Shown: piece after piece, positions 12,301 through 27,700 of the stretch
How positions within the stretch are numbered: the stretch's first letter is position 1
Layout of the letters: each line of letters begins with the position of its first letter
Notes under the pieces: model-generated
Told to the model about the DNA's origin: nothing
Database searches by the model: none
What the model saw: the letters and a program-made list of their open reading frames with translations, nothing else
Assembly: GCA_964247055.1 (NCBI GenBank)
Contig: OZ176056.1
Location: 124,001-188,000, forward strand
From: Paragordius varius
Lineage: Eukaryota; Animalia; Nematomorpha
Length of the DNA stretch: 64,000 nucleotides
Reading direction: 5' to 3'
Translations under genes and position numbers: made by a program

Positions 12301-15300
12301 TTATTTTATACGATTTTAAAAATAAAAATGGCTACCTAAAATCCAAATTTGATCAGGTGATGTCACCATAATTTTTTTTGGGTAGCCCTATGGTAGTTCC
12401 ATCATCACCCCAAATATTTTCGAGATCGGAGTATAAATGTAATTTTTATGAATTTTTTAAATATTTAAAAAATTTATTTTATACGATTTTAAAAATAAAA
12501 ATGGCTACCTAAAATCCAAATTTGATCAGGCGATGTCACCATAATTTTTTTTGGGTACCCCTATGGTAGTTCCATCATCACACCAAATATTTTCGAGATC
12601 GGAGTATAAATGTAATTTTTATGAATTTTTTAAATATTTAAAAAATTTATTATACGATTTTAAAAATAAAAATGGCTACCTAAATTTGATCAGGTGATGT
12701 CACTATAATTTTTTTGGGTAGCCCTATGGTAGTTCCATCATTACCCCAAATATTTTGGGGATCGGACTATAAATGTAATTTTTATGAATTTTTAAAATAT
12801 TTAAAAAATTTATTTTATACGATTTTAAAAATAAAAATGGCTACCTAAAATCCAAATATGATCAGGTGATGTCACCATAATTTTTTTTGGGTAGCCCTAT
12901 GGTAGTTCCATCATCACCCCAAATATTGTCGAGATCGGAGTATAAATGTAATTTTTTTGAATTTTTTAAATATTTAAAAAATTTATTTAATACGATTTTA
13001 AAAATAAAAATGGCTACCTAAAATCCAAATTTGATCAGGTGATGTCACCATAATTTTTTTGGGTAGCCCTATGGTAGTTCCATTATCACCCCAAATATTT
13101 TCGAGATCGGAGTATAAATGTAATTTTTATGAATTTTTTAAATATTTAAAAAATTTATTTTATACGATTTTAAAAATAAAAATGGCTACCTAAAATCCAA
13201 ATTTGATCAGGTGATGTCGCCATAATTTTTTTTGGGTAGCCCTATGGTAGTTCCATCATCACCCCAAATATTTTGGGGATCGGACTATAAATGTAATTTT
13301 TATGAATTTTTTAAATATTTAAAAAATTTATTTTATACGATTTTAAAAATAAAAATGGCTACCTAAAATCCAAATTTGATCAGGTGATGTCACCATAATT
13401 TTTTTTGGGTAGCCCTATGGTAGTTCCATCATCACCCCAAATATTGTCGAGATCGGAGTATAAATGTAATTTTTTTGAATTTAAATATTTAAAAAATTTA
13501 TTTAATACGATTTTAAAAATAAAAATGGCTACCTAAAATCCAAATTTGATCAGGTGATGTCACCATAATTTTTTTTGGGTAGCCCTATGGTAGTTCCATT
13601 ATCACCCCAAATATTTTCGAGATCGGAGTATAAATGTAATTTTTATGAATTTTTTAAATATTTAAAAAATTTATTTTATACGATTTTAAAAATAAAAATG
13701 GCTACCTAAAATCCAAATTTGATCAGGTGATGTCGCCATAATTTTTTTTGGGTAGCCCTATGGTAGTTCCATCATCACCCCAAATATTTTGGGGATCGGA
13801 CTATAAATGTAATTTGTATGAATTTTTTAAATATTTAAAAAATTTATTTTATACGATTTTAAAAATAAAAATGGCTACCTAAAATCCAAATTTGATCAGG
13901 TGATGTCACCATAATTTTTTTTGGGTAGCCCTATGGTAGTTCCATCATCACCCCAAATATTGTCGAGATCGGAGTATAAATGTAATTTTTTTGAATTTTT
14001 TAAATATTTAAAAAATTTATTTTATACGATTTTAAAAATAAAAATGGCTACCTAAAATCCAAATTTGATCAGGTGATGTCACCATAATTTTTTTTGGGTA
14101 GCCCTATGGTAGTTCCATTATCACCCCAAATATTTTCGAGATCGGAGTATAAATGTAATTTTTATGAATTTTTTAAATATTTAAAAAATTTATTTTATAC
14201 GATTTTAAAAATAAAAATGGCTACCTAAAATCCAAATTTGATCAGGTGATGTCGCCATAATTTTTTTTGGGTAGCCCTATGGTAGTTCCATCATCACCCC
14301 AAATATTTTGGGGATCGGACTATAAATGTAATTTTTATGAATTTTTAAATATTTAAAAAATTTATTTTATACGATTTTAAAAATAAAAATGGCTACCTAA
14401 AATCCAAATTTGATCAGGTGATGTCACCATAATTTTTTTTGGGTAGCCCTATGGTATTTCCATCATCACCCCAAATATTTTCGAGATCGGAGTATAAATG
14501 TAATTTTTATGAATTTTTTAAATATTTAAAAAATTTATTTTATACGATTTAAAAAATAAAAATGGCTACCTAAAATCCAAATTTGATCAGGCGATGTCAC
14601 CATAATTTTTTTTGGGTAGCCCTATGGTAGTTCCATCATCACCCCAAATATTTTCGAGATCGGAGTATAAATGTAATTTTTATGAATTTTTTAAATATTT
14701 AAAAAATTTATTTTATACGATTTTAAAAATAAAAATGGCTACCTAAAATCCAAATTTGATCAGGTGATGTCACTATAATTTTTTCGGGTAGCCCTATGGT
14801 AGTTCCATCATTACCCCAAATATTTTGGGGATCGGACTATAAATGTAATTTTTATGAATTTTTAAAATATTTAAAAAATTTATTTTATACGATTTTTAAA
14901 ATAAAAATGGCTACCTAAAATCCAAATTTGATCAGGTGATGTCACCATAATTTTTTTTGGGTAGCCCTATGGTAGTTCCATCATCACCCCAAATATTTTC
15001 GAGATCGGAGTATAAATGTAATTTTTATGAATTTTTTAAATATTTAAAAAATTTATTTTATACGATTTAAAAAATAAAAATGGCTACCTAAAATCCAAAT
15101 TTGATCAGGCGATGTCACCATAATTTTTTTTGGGTAGCCCTATGGTAGTTCCATCATTACCCCAAATATTTTGGGGATCGGACTATAAATGTAATTTTTA
15201 TGAATTTTTAAAATATTTAAAAAATTTATTTTATACGATTTTTAAAATAAAAATGGCTACCTAAAATCCAAATTTGATCAGGTGATGTCGCCATAATTTT

Positions 15301-18300
15301 TTTTGGGTAGCCCTATGGTAGTTCCATCATCACCCCAAATATTTTGGGGATCGGACTATAAATGTAATTTTTATGAATTTTTTAAATATTTAAAAAATTT
15401 ATTTTATACGATTTTAAAAATAAAAATGGCTACCTAAAATCCAAATTTGATCAGGCGATGTCACCATAATTTTTTTTGGGTAGCCCTATGGTAGTTCCAT
15501 CATCACCCCAAATACTTTGGGGATCGGACTATAAATGTAATTTTTATGAATTTTTTAAATATTTAAAAAATTTATTTTATACGATTTTAAAAATAAAAAT
15601 GGCTACCTAAAATCCAAATTTGATCAGGTGATGTCACCATAATTTTTTTTGGGTAGCCCTATGGTAGTTCCATCATCACCCCAAATATTGTCGAGATCGG
15701 AGTATAAATGTAATTTTTTTGAATTTTTTAAATATTTAAAAAATTTATTTAATACGATTTTAAAAATAAAAATGGCTACCTAAAATCCAAATTTGATCAG
15801 GTAATGTCACCATAATTTTTTTTGGGTAGCCCTATGGTAGTTCCATTATCACCCCAAATATTTTCGAGATCGGAGTATAAATGTAATTTTTATGAATTTT
15901 TTAAATATTTAAAAAATTTATTTTATACGATTTTAAAAATAAAAATGGCTACCTAAAATCCAAATTTGATCAGGTGATGTCGCCATAATTTTTTTTGGGT
16001 AGCCCTATGGTAGTTCCATCATCACCCCAAATATTTTGGGGATCGGACTATAAATGTAATTTTTATGAATTTTTTAAATATTTAAAAAATTTATTTTATA
16101 CGATTTTAAAAATAAAAATGGCTACCTAAAATCCAAATTTAGGTGATGTCACCATAATTTTTTTTGGGTAGCCCTATGGTAGTTCCATCATCACCCCAAA
16201 TATTTTCGAGATCGGAGTATAAATGTAATTTTTTTGAATTTTTTAAATATTTAAAAAATTTATTTAATACGATTTTAAAAATAAAAATGGCTACCTAAAA
16301 TCCAAATTTGATCAGGTGATGTCACCATAATTTTTTTTGGGTAGCCCTAAGGTAGTTCCATTATCACCCCAAATATTTTCGAGATCGGAGTATAAATGTA
16401 ATTTTTATGAATTTTTTAAATATTTAAAAAATTTATTTTATACGATTTTAAAAATAAAAATGGCTACATAAAATCCAAATTTGATCAGGTGATGTCGCCA
16501 TAATTTTTTTTGGGTAGCCCTATGGTAGTTCCATCATCACCCCAAATATTGTCGAGATCGGAGTATAAATGTAATTTTTTTGAATTTTTTAAATATTTAA
16601 AAAATTTATTTTATACGATTTTAAAAATAAAAATGGCTACCTAAAATCCAAATTTGATCAGGTGATGTCACTATAATTTTTTTTGGGTAGCCCTATGGTA
16701 GTTCCATCATCACCCCAAATATTTTGGGGATCGGACTATAAATGTAATTTTTATGAATTTTTAAAATATTTAAAAAATTTATTTTATACGATTTTTAAAA
16801 TAAAAATGGCTACCTAAAATCCAAATTTGATCAGGTGATGTCGCCATAATTTTTTTGGGTAGCCCTATGGTAGTTCCATCATCACCCCAAATACTTTGGG
16901 GATCGGACTATAAATGTAATTTTTATGAATTTTTTAAATATTTAAAAAATTTATTTTATACGATTTTAAAAATAAAAATGGCTACCTAAAATCCAAATAT
17001 GATCAGGTGATGTCACCATTATTTTTTTTGGGTAGCCCTATGGTAGTTCCATCATCACCCCAAATATTTTCGAGATTGGAGTATAAATGTAATTTTTATG
17101 AATTTTTTAAATATTTAAAAAATTTATTTTATACGATTTTAAAAATAAAAATGGCTACCTAAAATCCAAATTTGATCAGGTGATGTCACCATAATTTTTT
17201 TTGGGTAGCCCTATGGTAGTTCCATCATCACCCCAAATATTGTCGAGATCGGAGTATAAATGTAATTTTTTTGAATTTAAATATTTAAAAAATTTATTTA
17301 ATACGATTTTAAAAATAAAAATGGCTACCTAAAATCCAAATTTGATCAGGTGATGTCACCATAATTTTTTTTGGGTAGCCCTATGGTAGTTCCATTATCA
17401 CCCCAAATATTTTCGAGATCGGAGTATAAATGTAATTTTTATGAATTTTTTAAATATTTAAAATATTTATTTTATACGATTTTAAAAATAAAAATGGCTA
17501 CCTAAAATCCAAATTTGATCAGGTGATGTCACCATAATTTTTTTTGGGTTGCCCTATGGTAGTTCCATCATCACCCCAAATATTGTCGAGATCGGAGTAT
17601 AAATGTAATTTTTTTGAATTTTTTAAATATTTAAAAAATTTATTTTATACGATTTTAAAAATAAAAATGGCTACCTAAAATCCAAATTTGATCAGGTGAT
17701 GTCACCATAATTTTTTTTGGGTAGCCCTATGGTAGTTCCATTATCACCCCAAATATTTTCGAGATCGGAGTATAAATGTAATTTTTATGAATTTTTTAAA
17801 TATTTAAAAAATTTATTTTATACGATTTTAAAAATAAAAATGGCTACCTAAAATCCAAATTTGATCAGGTGATGTCGCCATAATTTTTTTTGGGTAGCCC
17901 TATGGTAGTTCCATCATCACCCCAAATATTTTGGGGATCGGACTATAAATGTAATTTTTATGAATTTTTTAAATATTTAAAAAATTTATTTTATACGATT
18001 TTAAAAATAAAAATGGCTACCTAAAATCCAAATTTGATCAGGTGATGTCACCATAATTTTTTTTGGGTAGCCCTATGGTAGTTCCATCATCACCCCAAAT
18101 ATTTTCGAGATCGGAGTATAAATGTAATTTTTATGAATTTTTTAAATATTTAAAAAATTTATTTTATACGATTTTAAAAATAAAAATGGCTACCTAAAAT
18201 CCAAATTTGATCAGGCGATGTCACCATAATTTTTTTTGGGTAGCCCTATGGTAGTTCCATCATCACACCAAATATTTTCGAGATCGGAGTATAAATGTAA

Positions 18301-21300
18301 TTTTTATGAATTTTTTAAATATTTAAAAAATTTATTATACGATTTTAAAAATAAAAATGGCTACCTAAAATCCAAATTTGATCAGGTAATGTCACCATAA
18401 TTTTTTTTGGGTAGCCCTATGGTAGTTCCATTATCACCCCAAATATTTTCGAGATCGGAGTATAAATGTAATTTTTATGAATTTTTTAAATATTTAAAAA
18501 ATTTATTTTATACGATTTTAAAAATAAAAATGGCTACCTAAAATCCAAATTTGATCAGGTGATGTCGCCATAATTTTTTTTGGGTAGCCCTATGGTAGTT
18601 CCATCATCACCCCAAATATTTTGGGGATCGGACAATAAATGTAATTTTTATGAATTTTTTAAATATTTAAAAAATTTATTTTATACGATTTTAAAAATAA
18701 AAATGGCTACCTAAAATCCAAATTTAGGTGATGTCACCATAATTTTTTTTGGGTAGCCCTATGGTAGTTCCATCATCACCCCAAATATTTTCGAGATCGG
18801 AGTATAAATGTAATTTTTTTGAATTTTTTAAATATTTAAAAAATTTATTTAATACGATTTTAAAAATAAAAATGGCTACCTAAAATCCAAATTTGATCAG
18901 GTGATGTCACCATAATTTTTTTTGGGTAGCCCTAAGGTAGTTCCATTATCACCCCAAATATTTTCGAGATCGGAGTATAAATGTAATTTTTATGAATTTT
19001 TTAAATATTTAAAAAATTTATTTTATACGATTTTAAAAATAAAAATGGCTACCTAAAATCCAAATTTGATCAGGTGATGTCGCCATAATTTTTTTTGGGT
19101 AGCCCTATGATAGTTCCATCATCACCCCAAATATTGTCGAGATCGGAGTATAAATGTAATTTTTTTGAATTTTTTAAATATTTAAAAAATTTATTTTATA
19201 CGATTTTAAAAATAAAAATGGCTACCTAAAATCCAAATTTGATCAGGTGATGTCACTATAATTTTTTTTGGGTAGCCCTATGGTAGTTCCATCATCACCC
19301 CAAATATTTTGGGGATCGGACTATAAATGTAATTTTTATGAATTTTTAAAATATTTAAAAAATTTATTTTATACGATTTTTAAAATAAAAATGGCTACCT
19401 AAAATCCAAATTTGATCAGGTGATGTCGCCATAATTTTTTTAGGTAGCCCTATGGTAGTTCCATCATCACCCCAAATACTTTGGGGATCGGACTATAAAT
19501 GTAATTTTTATGAATTTTTTAAATATTTAAAAAATTTATTTTATACGATTTTAAAAATAAAAATGGCTACCTAAAATCCAAATATGATCAGGTGATGTCA
19601 CCATTATTTTTTTTGGGTAGCCCTATGGTAGTTCCATCATCACCCCAAATATTTTCGAGATTGGAGTATAAATGTAATTTTTATGAATTTTTTAAATATT
19701 TAAAAAATTTATTTTATACGATTTTAAAAATAAAAATGGCTACCTAAAATCCAAATTTGATCAGGTGATGTCACCATAATTTTTTTTGGGTAGCCCTATG
19801 GTAGTTCCATCATCACCCCAAATATTGTCGAGATCGGAGTATAAATGTAATTTTTTTGAATTTTTTAAATATTTAAAAAATTTATTTAATACGATTTTAA
19901 AAATAAAAATGGCTACCTAAAATCCAAATTTGATCAGGTGATGTCACCATAATTTTTTTTGGGTAGCCCTATGGTAGTTCCATTATCACCCCAAATATTT
20001 TCGAGATCGGAGTATAAATGTAATTTTTATGAATTTTTTAAATATTTAAAAAATTTATTTTATACGATTTTAAAAATAAAAATGGCTACCTAAAATCCAA
20101 ATTTGATCAGGTGATGTCACCATAATTTTTTTTGGGTTGCCCTATGGTAGTTCCATCATCACCCCAAATATTGTCGAGATCGGAGTATAAATGTAATTTT
20201 TTTGAATTTTTTAAATATTTAAAAAATTTATTTTATACGATTTTAAAAATAAAAATGGCTACCTAAAATCCAAATTTGATCAGGTGATGTCACCATAATT
20301 TTTTTTGGGTAGCCCTATGGTAGTTCCATTATCACCCCAAATATTTTCGAGATCGGAGTATAAATGTAATTTTTATGAATTTTTTAAATATTTAAAAAAT
20401 TTATTTTATACGATTTTAAAAATAAAAATGGCTACCTAAAATCCAAATTTGATCAGGTGATGTCGCCATAATTTTTTTTGGGTAGCCCTATGGTAGTTCC
20501 ATCATCACCCCAAATATTTTGGGGATCGGACTATAAATGTAATTTTTATGAATTTTTTAAATATTTAAAAAATTTATTTTATACGATTTTAAAAATAAAA
20601 ATGGCTACCTAAAATCCAAATTTGATCAGGTGATGTCACCATAATTTTTTTTGGGTAGCCCTATGGTAGTTCCATCATCACCCCAAATATTTTCGAGATC
20701 GGAGTATAAATGTAATTTTTATGAATTTTTTAAATATTTAAAAAATTTATTTTATACGATTTTAAAAATAAAAATGGCTACCTAAAATCCAAATTTGATC
20801 AGGCGATGTCACCATAATTTTTTTTGGGTACCCCTATGGTAGTTCCATCATCACACCAAATATTTTCGAGATCGGAGTATAAATGTAATTTTTATGAATT
20901 TTTTAAATATTTAAAAAATTTATTATACGATTTTAAAAATAAAAATGGCTACCTAAATTTGATCAGGTGATGTCACTATAATTTTTTTGGGTAGCCCTAT
21001 GGTAGTTCCATCATTACCCCAAATATTTTGGGGATCGGACTATAAATGTAATTTTTATGAATTTTTAAAATATTTAAAAAATTTATTTTATACGATTTTA
21101 AAAATAAAAATGGCTACCTAAAATCCAAATATGATCAGGTGATGTCACCATAATTTTTTTTGGGTAGCCCTATGGTAGTTCCATCATCACCCCAAATATT
21201 GTCGAGATCGGAGTATAAATGTAATTTTTTTGAATTTTTTAAATATTTAAAAAATTTATTTAATACGATTTTAAAAATAAAAATGGCTACCTAAAATCCA

Positions 21301-22200
21301 AATTTGATCAGGTGATGTCACCATAATTTTTTTGGGTAGCCCTATGGTAGTTCCATTATCACCCCAAATATTTTCGAGATCGGAGTATAAATGTAATTTT
21401 TATGAATTTTTTAAATATTTAAAAAATTTATTTTATACGATTTTAAAAATAAAAATGGCTACCTAAAATCCAAATTTGATCAGGTGATGTCGCCATAATT
21501 TTTTTTGGGTAGCCCTATGGTAGTTCCATCATCACCCCAAATATTTTGGGGATCGGACTATAAATGTAATTTTTATGAATTTTTTAAATATTTAAAAAAT
21601 TTATTTTATACGATTTTAAAAATAAAAATGGCTACCTAAAATCCAAATTTGATCAGGTGATGTCACCATAATTTTTTTTGGGTAGCCCTATGGTAGTTCC
21701 ATCATCACCCCAAATATTGTCGAGATCGGAGTATAAATGTAATTTTTTTGAATTTTTTAAATATTTAAAAAATTTATTTAATACGATTTTAAAAATAAAA
21801 ATGGCTACCTAAAATCCAAATTTGATCAGGTGATGTCACCATAATTTTTTTTGGGTAGCCCTATGGTAGTTCCATTATCACCCCAAATATTTTCGAGATC
21901 GGAGTATAAATGTAATTTTTATGAATTTTTTAAATATTTAAAAAATTTATTTTATACGATTTTAAAAATAAAAATGGCTACCTAAAATCCAAATTTGATC
22001 AGGTGATGTCGCCATAATTTTTTTTGGGTAGCCCTATGGTAGTTCCATCATCACCCCAAATATTTTGGGGATCGGACTATAAATGTAATTTGTATGAATT
22101 TTTTAAATATTTAAAAAATTTATTTTATACGATTTTAAAAATAAAAATGGCTACCTAAAATCCAAATTTGATCAGGTGATGTCACCATAATTTTTTTTGG
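5655..22200. repeat. Tandem duplication of an ~8273-bp (48-monomer) unit
   Basis: Rare markers recur at exactly +8273: 6181/14454, 6512/14785, 7861/16134, 8071/16344, 8191/16464, 9001/17274, 10446/18719, 11169/19442, 12553/20826, 12681/20954. Confidence 0.95.
7510..12690. repeat. Nested 15-monomer (~2585 bp) duplication inside the 8273-bp unit (also at +8273)
   Basis: CAGGTAATG 7530/10115, GATC deletion 7861/10446 and CCCTAAGG 8071/10656 recur at +2585. CACACC 9991/12579 recurs at +2588. Confidence 0.9.
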
Positions 22201-24779
22201 GTAGCCCTATGGTAGTTCCATCATCACCCCAAATATTGTCGAGATCGGAGTATAAATGTAATTTTTTTGAATTTTTTAAATATTTAAAAAATTTATTTAA
22301 TACGATTTTAAAAATAAAAATGTCTACCTAAAATCCAAATTTGATCAGGTGATGTCACCATAATTTTTTTTGGGTAGCCCTATGGTAGTTCCATTATCAC
22401 CCCAAATATTTTCGAGATCGGAGTATAAATGTAATTTTTATGAATTTTTTAAATATTTAAAAAATTTATTTTATACGATTTTAAAAATAAAAATGGCTAC
22501 CTAAAATCCAAATTTGATCAGGTGATGTCGCCATAATTTTTTTTGGGTAGCCTTATGGTAGTTCCATCATCACCCCAAATATTTTGGGGATCGGACTATA
22601 AATGTAATTTGTATGAATTTTATAAATATTTAAAAAATTTATTTTATACGATTTTAAAAATAAAAATGGCTACCTAAAATCCAAATTTGATCAGGTGATG
22701 TCACCATAATTTTTTTTGGGTAGCCCTATGGTAGTTCCATCATCACCCCAAATATTTTCGAGATCGGAGTATAAATGTAATTTTTATGATTTTTTTAAAT
22801 ATTTAGAAAATTTATTTTATACGATTTTAAAAATAAAAATGGCTACCTAAAATCCAAATTTGATCAGGTGATGTCGCCATAATTTATTTTGGGTAGCCCT
22901 ATGGTAGTTCCATCATCACCCCAAATATTTTCGAGATCGGAGTATAAATGTAATTTTTATGAATTTTTTAAATATTTAAAAAATTTATTTTATACGATTT
23001 TAAAAATAAAAATGGCTACCTAAAATCCAAATTTGATCAGGTGATGTCGCCATAATTTTTTTTGGGTAGCCCTATGGTAGTTCCATCATCACCCCAAATA
23101 TTTTGGGGATCGGACTATAAATGTAATTTTTATGAATTTTTTAAATATTTAAAAAATTTATTTTATACGATTTTAAAAATAAAAATGGCTACCTAAAATC
23201 CAAATTTGATCAGGTGATGTCACCATAATTTTTTTTGGGTAGCCCTATGGTAGTTCCATCATCACCCCAAATATTTTCGAGATCGGAGTATAAATGTAAT
23301 TTTTATGAATTTTTTAAATATTTAAAAAATTTATTTTATACGATTTTAAAAATAAAAATGGCTACCTAAAATCCAAATTTGATCAGGTGATGTCACTATA
23401 TTTTTTTTTGGGTAGCCCTATGGTAGTTCCATCATCACCCCAAATATTTTGGGGATCGGACTATAAATGTAATTTTTATGAATTTTTTAAATATTTAAAA
23501 AATTTATTTTATACGATTTTAAAAATAAAAATGGCTACCTAAAATCCAAATTTGATCAGGTGATGTCGCCATAATTTTTTTTGGGTAGCCCTATGGTAGT
23601 TCCATCATCACCCCAAATATTTTGGGGATCGGACTATAAATGTAATTTGTATGAAGTTTTAAATATTTAAAAAATTTATTTTATACGATTTTTAAAAAAT
23701 TGGTTACCTAAAATCCAAATTTGATCAGGTGATGTCACCATAATTTTTTTTGGGTAGCCCTATGGTAGTTCCATCATCACCCCAAATATTTTCGAGATCG
23801 GAGTATAAATGTAATTTTTATGATTTTTTTAAATATTTAGAAAATTTATTTTATACGATTTTAAAAATAAAAATGGCTACCTAAAATCCAAATTTGATCA
23901 GGTGATGTCGCCATAATTTTTGAGTAGCCCTATGGTAGTTCCATCATCACCCCAAATATTTTCGAGATTGGAGTATAAATGTAATTTTTATGAATTTTTT
24001 AAATATTTAAAAAATTTATTTTATACGATTTTAAAAATAAAAATGGCTACCTAAAATCCAAATTTGATCAGGTGATGTCACCATAATTTTTTTTGGGTTG
24101 GTAGTTCCATTATCACCCCAAATATTTTCGAGATCGGAGTATAAATGTAATTTTTTTGAATTTTTTAAATATTTAAAAAATTTATTTAATACGATTTTAA
24201 AAATAAAAATGGCTACCTAAAATCCAAATTTGATCAGGTGATGTCACCATAATTATTTTTGGGTAGCCCTATGGTAGTTCCATCATCACCCCAAATATTT
24301 TGGGGATCGGACTATAAATGTAATTTTTATGAATTTTTTAAATATTTAAAAAATTTATTTTATACGATTTTAAAAATAAAAATGGCTACCTAAAATCCAA
24401 ATTTGATCAGGTGATGTCGCCATAATTTTTTTTGGGTAGCCCTATGGTAGTTCCATCATCACCCCAAATATTTTGGGGATCGGACTATAAATGTAATTCT
24501 TATGAATTTTTTAAATATTTAAAAAATTTATTTTATACGATTTTAAAAATAAAAATGGCTACCTAAAATCCAAATTTGATCAGGTGATGTCGCCATAATT
24601 TTTTTTGGGTAGCCCTATGGTAGTTCCATCATCACCCCAAATATTTTGGGGATCGGACTATAAATGTAATTTTTATGAATTTTTTAAATATTTAAAAAAT
24701 TTATTTTATACGATTTTAAAAATAAAAATGGCTACCTAAAATCCAAATTTGATCAGGTGATGTCACCATAATTTTTTTT

Positions 24780-27700
24780 GGGTAGCCCTATGGTAGTTCC
24801 ATCATCACCCCAAATATTTTCGAGATCGGAGTATAAATGTAATTTTTATGAATTTTTTAAATATTTAAAAAATTTATTTTATACGATTTTAAAAATAAAA
24901 ATGGCTACCTAAAATCCAAATTTGATCAGGTGATGTCACTATAATTTTTTTTGGGTAGCCCTATGGTAGTTCCATCATCACCCCAAATATTTTGGGGATC
25001 GGACTATAAATGTAATTTTTATGAATTTTTTAAATATTTAAAAAATTTATTTTATACGATTTTAAAAATAAAAATGGCTACCTAAAATCCAAATTTGATC
25101 AGGTGATGTCGCCATAATTTTTTTTGGGTAGCCCTATGGTAGTTCCATCATCACCCCAAATATTTTCGAGATCGGAGTATGAATGTAATTTTTATGAATT
25201 TTTTTAAATATTTAAAAAATTTATTTTATACGATTTTAAAAATAAAAATGGCTACCTAAAATCCAAATTTGGTCAGGTGATGTCACCATAATTTTTTTTG
25301 GGTAGCCCTATGGTAGTTCCATTATCACCCCAAATATTTTCGAGATCGGAGTATAAATGTAATTTTTATGAATTTTTTAAATATTTAAAAAATTTATTTT
25401 ATACGATTTTAAAAATAAAAATGGCTACCTAAAATCCAAATTTGATCAGGTGATATCGCCATAATTTTTTTTGGGTAGCCCTATGGTAGTTCCATCATCA
25501 CCCCAAATATTTTGGGGATCGGACTATAAATGTAATTTTTATGAATTTTTTAAATATTTAAAAAATTTATTTTATACGATATTAAAAATAAAAATGGCTA
25601 CCTAAAATCCAAATTTGATCAGGTGATGTCACCATAATTTTTTTTGGGTAGCCCTATGGTAGTTCCATCATCACCCCAAATATTTTCGAGATCGTAGTAT
25701 AAATGTAATTTTTATGAATTTTTTAAATATTTAAAAAATTTATTTTATACGATTTTAAAAATAAAAATGGCTACCTAAAATCCAAATTTGATCAGGTGAT
25801 GTCGCCATAATTTTTTTTGGGTAGCCCTATGGTAGTTCCATCATCACCCCAAATATTTTGGGGATCGGACTATAAATGTAATTTTTATGAATTTTTTAAA
25901 TATTTAAAAAATTTATTTTATACGATTTTAAAAATAAAAATGGCTACCTAAAATCCAAATTTGATCAGGTGATGTCACCATAATTTTTTTTGGGTAGCCC
26001 TATGGTAGTTCCATCATCACCCCAAATATTTTCGAGATCGGAGTATAAATGTAATTTTTATGAATTTTTTAAATATTTAAAAAATTTATTTTATACGATT
26101 TTAAAAATAAAAATGGCTACCTAAAATCCAAATTTGATCAGGTGATGTCACTATAATTTTTTTTGGGTAGCCCTATGGTAGTTCCATCATCACCCCAAAT
26201 ATTTTGGGGATCGGACTATAAATGTAATTTTTATGAATTTTTTAAATATTTAAAAAATTTATTTTATACGATTTTAAAAATAAAAATGGCTACCTAAAAT
26301 CCAAATTTGATCAGGTGATGTCGCCATAATTTTTTTTGGGTAGCCCTATGGTAGTTCCATCATCACCCCAAATATTTTCGAGATCGGAGTATGAATGTAA
26401 TTTTTATGAATTTTTTTAAATATTTAAAAAATTTATTTTATACGATTTTAAAAATAAAAATGGCTACCTAAAATCCAAATTTGGTCAGGTGATGTCACCA
26501 TAATTTTTTTTGGGTAGCCCTATGGTAGTTCCATTATCACCCCAAATATTTTCGAGATCGGAGTATAAATGTAATTTTTATGAATTTTTTAAATATTTAA
26601 AAAATTTATTTTATACGATTTTAAAAATAAAAATGGCTACCTAAAATCCAAATTTGATCAGGTGATATCGCCATAATTTTTTTTGGGTAGCCCTATGGTA
26701 GTTCCATCATCACCCCAAATATTTTGGGGATCGGACTATAAATGTAATTTTTATGAATTTTTTAAATATTTAAAAAATTTATTTTATACGATATTAAAAA
26801 TAAAAATGGCTACCTAAAATCCAAATTTGATCAGGTGATGTCACCATAATTTTTTTTGGGTAGCCCTATGGTAGTTCCATCATCACCCCAAATATTTTCG
26901 AGATCGTAGTATAAATGTAATTTTTATGAATTTTTTAAATATTTAAAAAATTTATTTTATACGATTTTAAAAATAAAAATGGCTACCTAAAATCCAAATT
27001 TGATCAGGTGATGTCGCCATAATTTTTTTTGGGTAGCCCTATGGTAGTTCCATCATCACCCCAAATATTTTGGGGATCGGACTATAAATGTAATTTTTAT
27101 GAATTTTTTAAATATTTAAAAAATTTATTTTATACGATTTTAAAAATAAAAATGGCTACCTAAAATCCAAATTTGATCAGGTGATGTCACTATAATTTTT
27201 TTTGGGTAGCCCTATGGTAGTTCCATCATCACCCCAAATATTTTGGGGATCGGACTATAAATGTAATTTTTATGAATTTTTTAAATATTTAAAAAATTTA
27301 TTTTATACGATTTTAAAAATAAAAATGGCTACCTAAAATCCAAATTTGATCAGGTGATGTCGCCATAATTTTTTTTGGGTAGCCCTATGGTAGTTCCATC
27401 ATCACCCCAAATATTTTCGAGATCGGAGTATGAATGTAATTTTTATGAATTTTTTTAAATATTTAAAAAATTTATTTTATACGATTTTAAAAATAAAAAT
27501 GGCTACCTAAAATCCAAATTTGGTCAGGTGATGTCACCATAATTTTTTTTGGGTAGCCCTATGGTAGTTCCATTATCACCCCAAATATTTTCGAGATCGG
27601 AGTATAAATGTAATTTTTATGAATTTTTTAAATATTTAAAAAATTTATTTTATACGATTTTAAAAATAAAAATGGCTACCTAAAATCCAAATTTGATCAG

